NCBI GenBank assembly: GCA_040222715.1
Contig: JAVKCN010000015.1
Location: 39,163 to 103,162 of the forward strand
Source of the DNA: Cyclobacteriaceae bacterium
Lineage (GTDB): Bacteria; Bacteroidota; Bacteroidia; Cytophagales; Cyclobacteriaceae
Reading direction: 5' to 3'
Length of the DNA: 64,000 bases
A program made the position numbers and the translations under genes. Within the stretch, counting starts at the first letter, position 1. Each line of letters starts with the position of its first letter. Below, one piece after another: positions 58,484 through 64,000 of the stretch. Below the pieces are notes generated by a model. That model made no database searches, was not told the origin of the DNA, and was given only the letters and a program-made list of their open reading frames with translations.

Positions 58484-59569
58484 CTATCGCAATAAAAAGT
58501 TATAGCGTTGAGCTATCTTCCTTGCTTTGCTACTTGCCCCCTCTTGAATAAGCATCCCGATTGTAACGAATGATATGCCTGCCACAAACATTGGCTGATT
58601 AAACTCTCCCCCACCAAAGGAAGACCCCATGGGCCATCCAATCATGGCTCCGCCTATCGTGGCAACGATATTTGCTAAAATATAATTGCTACGGTACTCC
58701 TTATAATATAATATAAGCTGCTCATCATGGTACCTTTGAATTAGTGGGAGTATTTGCTTTGGCTTCGCAAAGCGATGCGTCCCTAAGTAAAACCCTGGTA
58801 CCAATCCGCCTTTGTAAATAAGACGGCTGTTATCTTCATTTAAGTTAATAAATGGAGTATCATTAATTTCTCCAAATGTCTTTCCTAAAGTAATTCCGCC
58901 TCTTAGCCCGTCCCACTGTGGTTTAATACGGACTCCATTGCTACGAAATAGATAAGTGGCGCCAGTTCCTTTACGGTATAGTTCTCTGCTAGTAGCTAAA
59001 TGGTAACCGATGTGGGCATTTACTAGTAACGAGCCCAATCGGTACCGGACTCCTACTTCAGGAGTGATTCCTCCGCCAATGGCGTCGAACTGAATAGAAT
59101 TAATTGAAGAATAATCGTAAACCCGGTTGAGCTCTTCGCTTTTCATAGAGGTAAACGTAAGAAGCAATTGGACAGCAGGTACTACTGACCAGTTTTCAGT
59201 AACTGGGATAATCCGCTCGTACATTCCCCCAATGTTTTCTGCCCTTACTAATTGATCAGAGCGTAATTCGCCAGAATAGTCGCTGTACGCTAGTCTACCT
59301 CCGGTAGATACGTGGCCCCATACAAAACCTAGTCCGTTGAGACCATCCCGCGAATGGTTCATAAATTGAATTTGCCAGTTGTAATAGGCAGGGAAAGCAC
59401 TGGTAGCTTTAATTGGCACATTGTAGATAGACATTAAATCTTGATGAAGAAGCTTTAAGTCTGACATATCGTAACTTCCGTAGCCAACTCTAGCCCGAAA
59501 TGAAGTGTACTGGCCAAGTGCAGGCAGGGCTACCAACAGCCAAAGAATAAACAAGTAGATGGATCGCAT
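58484..59569 (-). CDS. Hypothetical exported protein: outer-membrane beta-barrel-like N-domain plus hydrophobic-hairpin C-domain
   Basis: Signal peptide ending in ALG; alternating beta-strand pattern to GITLGKTF; Gly-rich hydrophobic hairpin afterwards. Confidence 0.6.
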   Translation of the reverse strand: MRSIYLFILWLLVALPALGQYTSFRARVGYGSYDMSDLKLLHQDLMSIYNVPIKATSAFPAYYNWQIQFMNHSRDGLNGLGFVWGHVSTGGRLAYSDYSGELRSDQLVRAENIGGMYERIIPVTENWSVVPAVQLLLTFTSMKSEELNRVYDYSSINSIQFDAIGGGITPEVGVRYRLGSLLVNAHIGYHLATSRELYRKGTGATYLFRSNGVRIKPQWDGLRGGITLGKTFGEINDTPFINLNEDNSRLIYKGGLVPGFYLGTHRFAKPKQILPLIQRYHDEQLILYYKEYRSNYILANIVATIGGAMIGWPMGSSFGGGEFNQPMFVAGISFVTIGMLIQEGASSKARKIAQRYNFLLR

Positions 59570-59578
59570 GGTATTTCT

Positions 59579-61459
59579 TTACAATGTGAGAGGAAGGTAG
59601 TAACCGCCACTGCTAAACAGGGTGCTATTATAGAAATAGTACTTGTAATTCGTTGAATTGTATACACTGACTTGCCGTACAAGCTGGCCCGAATTATAGT
59701 CGTAAATAAGATACTGTTCCGGATAAGCCTTACTCACCCCGCCTACGTAACCCGTTTTAGGGTCAATAGCAGGGTTGATGAGCGTGTGAGCTAACTGCTT
59801 GGTGTTTTGAGCCGCAACATCTGACCAGTTGAATACACGTATTCGCTGATCATCTACTACCATAAACTTCCCATATTCGTCGGGAACGTTCATAACGGTA
59901 TAATCGCCGATGAACGGAAACTGACCTACTTCTTGAATGCTATCAGTGGTAATTTTATAGACAGTCTGATTGCGGGCAAAGTACTCTCCATTGGGAGAAA
60001 GCACTAAAGACTTAAATACCCCATCGAAGGTATGACGACTGTGCAGATGAGCACTATCCATATCAACAATGACAATATCCTGAAGAAATTCGGTTGTATA
60101 CGCGTCCATAACTAAGCGATTGGTATTACTCACTCGCATTATAGACTTACTGCTTGACTGAACACTTCCGCCGACCAACTGCGTCTTACTGAAGGTTTTT
60201 ACCACTGAGAAATCGGAAAGGTTGATGGCTGATATATCAAAGCCGTATTGTCGATAAGCAATGCTGGCATCTTCAGATATTGTGAACGACCAAACCCCGT
60301 CAAAGTCTACCGTGCGGTTCACTTCAAAGCTGCTCTCGTCAAGGGATTGAAGAGTAACATCATAGTGTCCATTTTGGTCCAGCATGTAGATTCTCTTAGT
60401 GGCTGGCCGATACCAAATACGGGTAAATGGTTCCCCTTTCGTTCCGACTATCTGCTTCTCTGTTTCGTCAGCCGGTGCGGTATAATTGCTATCTTCATTC
60501 CGATTTATATACAAACGGTAGCTCACCGTGCTGCTAAAAGGGGCTGAATCTATGCACGTAGTATCATCTGGGTTTTCGGTTTTCTTTACAAGCTCCTCCT
60601 GTGTGCTATACCCATACGAGTCTTTTTCCAATCGATAAATAGAGTAATGGTGCAGATTTGCCGGATATTTGGTCTTCGACCAAGACAGAGCGATTGTAGT
60701 GTCGGTATTCTGTACGGAGTAGAACTCAGGAAAAGAGTCTTCGTATAGCACATCACCGCTACTCAGTTGCGGAAAGTAGTGCGAATCCTTATAATCATCG
60801 TACACGGTAGATACCTGATAGTATTTCCTGCCTCCAATGAATTCATTATCGATATACTCCGTAACTGTAGGATCATCAATCACGATTAGTTGATCAGAGC
60901 TATTATATAGTTGATAAGACACAAAATCTTCTCGGGTATAGGGCTCCCATTCTATTCTGAGGCTTCCTTCATAAGGCTCAATGGCGGTAATTTTAGGTGG
61001 CTGAGGTATCTTTATACGCACAACTATAGGTTGTTGATAGACTATTAATATCCGTTCACTTACTGCTTTTTGCTCTTCAGCCCAACTACCAGTGTTAATA
61101 TCCACAAGCACTTCTGCTTCTAACGTATAGTATCCATCAGGTATACTTTCGCTTCTAAGTCTGAACGAACCCTCTACAGCATAATCACCATAGGTATCGT
61201 GTACTTTGATATCATTTATTGAGAACTTAATATTTTGTATATCGCCTCTACGAACCTCTAGAGTATACCTTATATATTGATTTTCACTGCGCGCATACAC
61301 TGTATCCTCTCCGTCATTGATACGCATTGTCAAACCAATATCTTCTGCCGAAAGTGGATCTATTTGTACTGGATTAACTCCTTCCGGTTCATAATCACAG
61401 GCAATTAGCATGACAAAAACTACTAGTTGCCAATATGGATATGGCTGTCTTATTCGCAT
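59579..61459 (-). CDS. Hypothetical surface lipoprotein (Ig/Fn3-like domains plus beta-propeller-like C-terminus)
   Basis: Lipobox LIAC; Fn3-like LRIEWEPY...YQLY and IALSWSK...YSIYR; repeated beta blades. Confidence 0.7.
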   Translation of the reverse strand: MRIRQPYPYWQLVVFVMLIACDYEPEGVNPVQIDPLSAEDIGLTMRINDGEDTVYARSENQYIRYTLEVRRGDIQNIKFSINDIKVHDTYGDYAVEGSFRLRSESIPDGYYTLEAEVLVDINTGSWAEEQKAVSERILIVYQQPIVVRIKIPQPPKITAIEPYEGSLRIEWEPYTREDFVSYQLYNSSDQLIVIDDPTVTEYIDNEFIGGRKYYQVSTVYDDYKDSHYFPQLSSGDVLYEDSFPEFYSVQNTDTTIALSWSKTKYPANLHHYSIYRLEKDSYGYSTQEELVKKTENPDDTTCIDSAPFSSTVSYRLYINRNEDSNYTAPADETEKQIVGTKGEPFTRIWYRPATKRIYMLDQNGHYDVTLQSLDESSFEVNRTVDFDGVWSFTISEDASIAYRQYGFDISAINLSDFSVVKTFSKTQLVGGSVQSSSKSIMRVSNTNRLVMDAYTTEFLQDIVIVDMDSAHLHSRHTFDGVFKSLVLSPNGEYFARNQTVYKITTDSIQEVGQFPFIGDYTVMNVPDEYGKFMVVDDQRIRVFNWSDVAAQNTKQLAHTLINPAIDPKTGYVGGVSKAYPEQYLIYDYNSGQLVRQVSVYNSTNYKYYFYNSTLFSSGGYYLPLTL

Positions 61460-61485
61460 ACTGATGAATAGAGCATTTAGTATAA

Positions 61486-62118
61486 CTACCGCCGCACGGT
61501 CTGCCCCAGGGCTTCACGCTGCTGGGGGTTATCATCGAAGGCGAGTTGAGCTATTTTATCAAAACGGTACATCCAGGCTTGCAGTTTGTCCAGCGTTTGC
61601 TGGCGGGTATCGCTCAATTGCTGGGGCAAGCTCTTCGCTTTAATTTGCAGAGCAAGTAATTCCAGTATCCGATCTACCAAACGACTGGCATCGGTTAATT
61701 CTTTCTGAGGCACCACATACTTCTCCATCATGGCTACAGGAATATGAGCGTAAAACCGCTTGATATGCCGTAGACAATCGGTAGTACTGCGGGGAATAGG
61801 TCCGGTCAGCCGAAGGGTATCCTGGTATTGGGCGGCATCGCGCTGGTAGGCCAGTCGAGCAGTCTCCTGATGCATTCGGAAGCTCCCCATCAATTCCACT
61901 TTCGCCTGGGTGAGTACCTGGGTTGCCTGATACTGTGCTTCCTGGGCCTGTTCCCGCTGCAACGTAAGCTGCGCGATATCCTTATGCATTTTCAACCCAT
62001 CTCGAATTTTCTTTTCATCAAAAGAATACTGCGCCATCACGGTCAGCAGTTCGGGAGAGTTAAGCACGTTGGTCAGGGCGATATACGCCCGCTGAAGAAA
62101 TACATCCTGCTTTTCCAT
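61486..62118 (-). CDS. Hypothetical all-helical cytoplasmic protein (210 aa), paralog of 16215-16850
   Basis: Co-linear shared motifs: IAxxNxLxxPExL, ExKxxxGxK, KYxxPQxxLxxAxxLVDxI, WMxRFxxIAxxA...PQxxEALG. Confidence 0.8.
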   Translation of the reverse strand: MEKQDVFLQRAYIALTNVLNSPELLTVMAQYSFDEKKIRDGLKMHKDIAQLTLQREQAQEAQYQATQVLTQAKVELMGSFRMHQETARLAYQRDAAQYQDTLRLTGPIPRSTTDCLRHIKRFYAHIPVAMMEKYVVPQKELTDASRLVDRILELLALQIKAKSLPQQLSDTRQQTLDKLQAWMYRFDKIAQLAFDDNPQQREALGQTVRR

Positions 62119-62436
62119 ATCCTCATCACATTTTCTGTTACAAAATATTTCTTAAAATACACCTGCCTCACAGGCTACTTACTCAATGGTAAAATCATCT
62201 AAATCAAATCTATCATTTTGGTTTCATAGAGATATATGAATAAAACGAATGTCCAGATGTTTCATGCCATCAATAGCAGGCACGTAAAGATAAAATTGTA
62301 TTTTTTTGCAAAACATTCATAAAATAACCGAAACATGCTTATGTGCTTAATCTATGACTTTGTGTAGTCTACTATGATGTATTGGCCAAATAAGCAATAT
62401 ATAACGCTAGGGAAGAGGTATTCCTATGTAAGAAAA

Positions 62437-62660
62437 TAATCGCCGGTGCACGGGGAGGTGCTCCCCGCGCACCGGTCAGTTTACCGCCTCGCCGGGAGCA
62501 GCTCCCAATGCTCCGGAAAGTTTACCACCTCGCCGGGAGCAGCCACCAACGCTCCGGAAAGTTTACCGCTTCGCCGGGAGCAGCCACCAACGCTCCGGAA
62601 AGTTTATCGTTTCACGAGGAGCTACCCCTAGTACTCTGGAAAATTTACCGCAGGGCAGGA
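62437..62660. repeat. 41-bp tandem repeat array (~5.5 units)
   Basis: Units start at 62478, 62519, 62560, 62601 and 62642 (consensus AGTTTACCGCYTCGCCGGGAGCAGCCACCAACGCTCCGGAA); units 2 and 3 match 39/41, units 1 and 2 match 37/41; degenerate unit at 62437. Confidence 0.92.
62443..62475 (-). terminator. 15-bp GC-rich hairpin, possible terminator for the minus-strand transcript
   Basis: CCGGTGCACGGGGAG-GTG-CTCCCCGCGCACCGG; the single mismatch is a G-U pair on the minus-strand RNA, followed by CGATTATTTTCTT. Confidence 0.5.
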
Positions 62661-62694
62661 AGGTCCTCACTAAGCATCGGTGAGAGTTAACGAG

Positions 62695-63999
62695 CTATTT
62701 TTTTTGCTGGGATAGGAAGGTGACCAGGGAGGCGAATTCTTCGTACGACAGGGCATTGGCCAGTCCGGCGGGCATCATGGAGGTGTCCAGCTCCTTCCGG
62801 GTGGCGATGTTCTCGGCCTTCACGGTAAATACCTGGCCGGCAATGTTGCGGATGACCAGTTGCTCGGCTGATTCCTGAGAGACGAAGCCTACGTAGTTCT
62901 TACCGTCTTTGGTGGTAATCTGTACCGTGGCGAAGCCCTGCGAGATAGATGCATTGGGTTTGAGGATAGATTCGGCAATCTGTTCCCGGGTCATGATGGA
63001 GCCAATCTGGCCCATGAAGGGGCCTTTCATGGTTTCGGAGGTACTGAGACTGTGGCAGGCGACGCAGCCCTGTTTGGTGAAGAGCGTCTTGCCCAGTGCC
63101 GGGTCTCCTTTGATATCGTCTAGCGCCAGCATGATGTCTTCTATAGAGTTCTTCCCAATCTGCCCTTTCTCATTGCTGATTTTACTCAGATCAACTTTTG
63201 CCTCTTCCTGCGATGCCGCCTCTTCTTCTTCGCCCCCAAAGGAGATAATGCCCATGCGGAGCTTGCCGTTGAGGTCGGCAAAGAACTGCTTACCCGCGGT
63301 ATTGGCTTTGTTTCTCTCGGCCATTAGAAAGTCTTTAATCTCCGGAGAAGATTCCCAGGCCACGGCTTTGTAGTACGGGCCGTGGGTATCGGGTCGGGTA
63401 CTCCACCACCAGGAACCATCGTAGGGTGCTTCTTTCTGGTATATCCGCGATAGCGTAGTGAGGATTTCGGCCCGCAGGGCTTCGTTTTTATATTCTTTAT
63501 AGGCATAGATCAACCCTTCTACCGCCTGTGGGTCGTGCATATAGCGTAATGCCCATAGCGCAAGCGTGGAATGATCGGTGCCGATGGCTTGCACGCAGGC
63601 ATTTACGGCATCCAGACTTACCAATGCCTGTACTGCCAGGTGAGCGGGGATAATGGCTGAATTAGGAGTGGCATGTGGGCCTTCCGTCCCTTTTTCGGGC
63701 GCTACAAAGCTGGTGGGCACCGAAATTTCCAGCAGGGCTTCCGCAGCCTCTTTGCGGCCCAGTCGCCCCAGCCCAACAATGGCTGCTACCTGCACCCGGG
63801 GAGATGAGTCTTGAAGAGCATCTATAAATGGCTGCATCGGAACGTCAGCCAGCCAGGCCTTTCTATCGGCCAAAGCCCGGAGGGCAAACTCCTGCACCGT
63901 AGGCTCGCTGGTCAGGCTTACGAGCTTATCAATACCACCTTCGCCCGCTATTTGTGCGTAGGTGAAAATTCCGGCTACCCGTACGTCAAGCGATAAACT
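62695..63999 (-). CDS. HEAT-repeat / c-type heme-binding protein (PVC-type), C-terminal part; gene starts beyond the window end
   Basis: HEAT-like repeats; GDPALGKTLF...CVACH...GPFMGQIG...ESILKPNASISQGF...SMMPAGL; frame open to the window edge. Confidence 0.85.
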   Translation of the reverse strand, partial: SLSLDVRVAGIFTYAQIAGEGGIDKLVSLTSEPTVQEFALRALADRKAWLADVPMQPFIDALQDSSPRVQVAAIVGLGRLGRKEAAEALLEISVPTSFVAPEKGTEGPHATPNSAIIPAHLAVQALVSLDAVNACVQAIGTDHSTLALWALRYMHDPQAVEGLIYAYKEYKNEALRAEILTTLSRIYQKEAPYDGSWWWSTRPDTHGPYYKAVAWESSPEIKDFLMAERNKANTAGKQFFADLNGKLRMGIISFGGEEEEAASQEEAKVDLSKISNEKGQIGKNSIEDIMLALDDIKGDPALGKTLFTKQGCVACHSLSTSETMKGPFMGQIGSIMTREQIAESILKPNASISQGFATVQITTKDGKNYVGFVSQESAEQLVIRNIAGQVFTVKAENIATRKELDTSMMPAGLANALSYEEFASLVTFLSQQKK

Positions 64000-64000
64000 T

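Noticed and set aside
62437-62660. CRISPR array
   Set aside because: Units are directly tandem with no unique spacers, and there are no cas genes in the window.
62446-62690. Short ORFs over the 41-bp array
   Set aside because: The 41-bp period shifts frame every unit; the translations look like repeat artefacts.
1-64000. tRNA, rRNA, tmRNA, prophage or integrase genes
   Set aside because: None recognised in any intergenic gap or ORF.

Overview
Mostly core chromosome of a Bacteroidota bacterium, most likely Cytophagales. The basis is conserved gene order (tatA-gatA, envC-like/DUF4292/TPR/nucleotidyltransferase/dut/flippase, kmo-kynU, DAHP synthase-chorismate mutase fusion) and TTTG-N19-TAnnTTTG promoters. 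About 55 CDS can be supported. I found no rRNA, tRNA or CRISPR array. Accessory elements: (1) two copies of a module made of a 41/42-bp hairpin-like tandem repeat array, a ~210-aa all-helical protein of unknown function and a large surface lipoprotein (15.8-18.6 kb on +, 59.6-62.7 kb on -); (2) a tightly coupled putative lipid/natural-product operon: fatty-acid hydroxylase/desaturase, a KS-III fused to a heme-oxygenase-like domain, and an unknown protein, followed by a radical SAM/SPASM gene and an unannotated 54-codon Cys-containing lipopeptide ORF; (3) an IS4-superfamily element with 19-bp TIRs and a 6-bp TSD inserted in the stop codon of a neighbouring gene; (4) a decayed dipeptidyl-peptidase IV pseudogene missed by the ORF track; (5) an orphan OmpA-like-domain protein, a Cys/His amidase-like secreted protein and a family of REP-like palindromes. 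All product calls come from recognising motifs by eye; no database searches were run.
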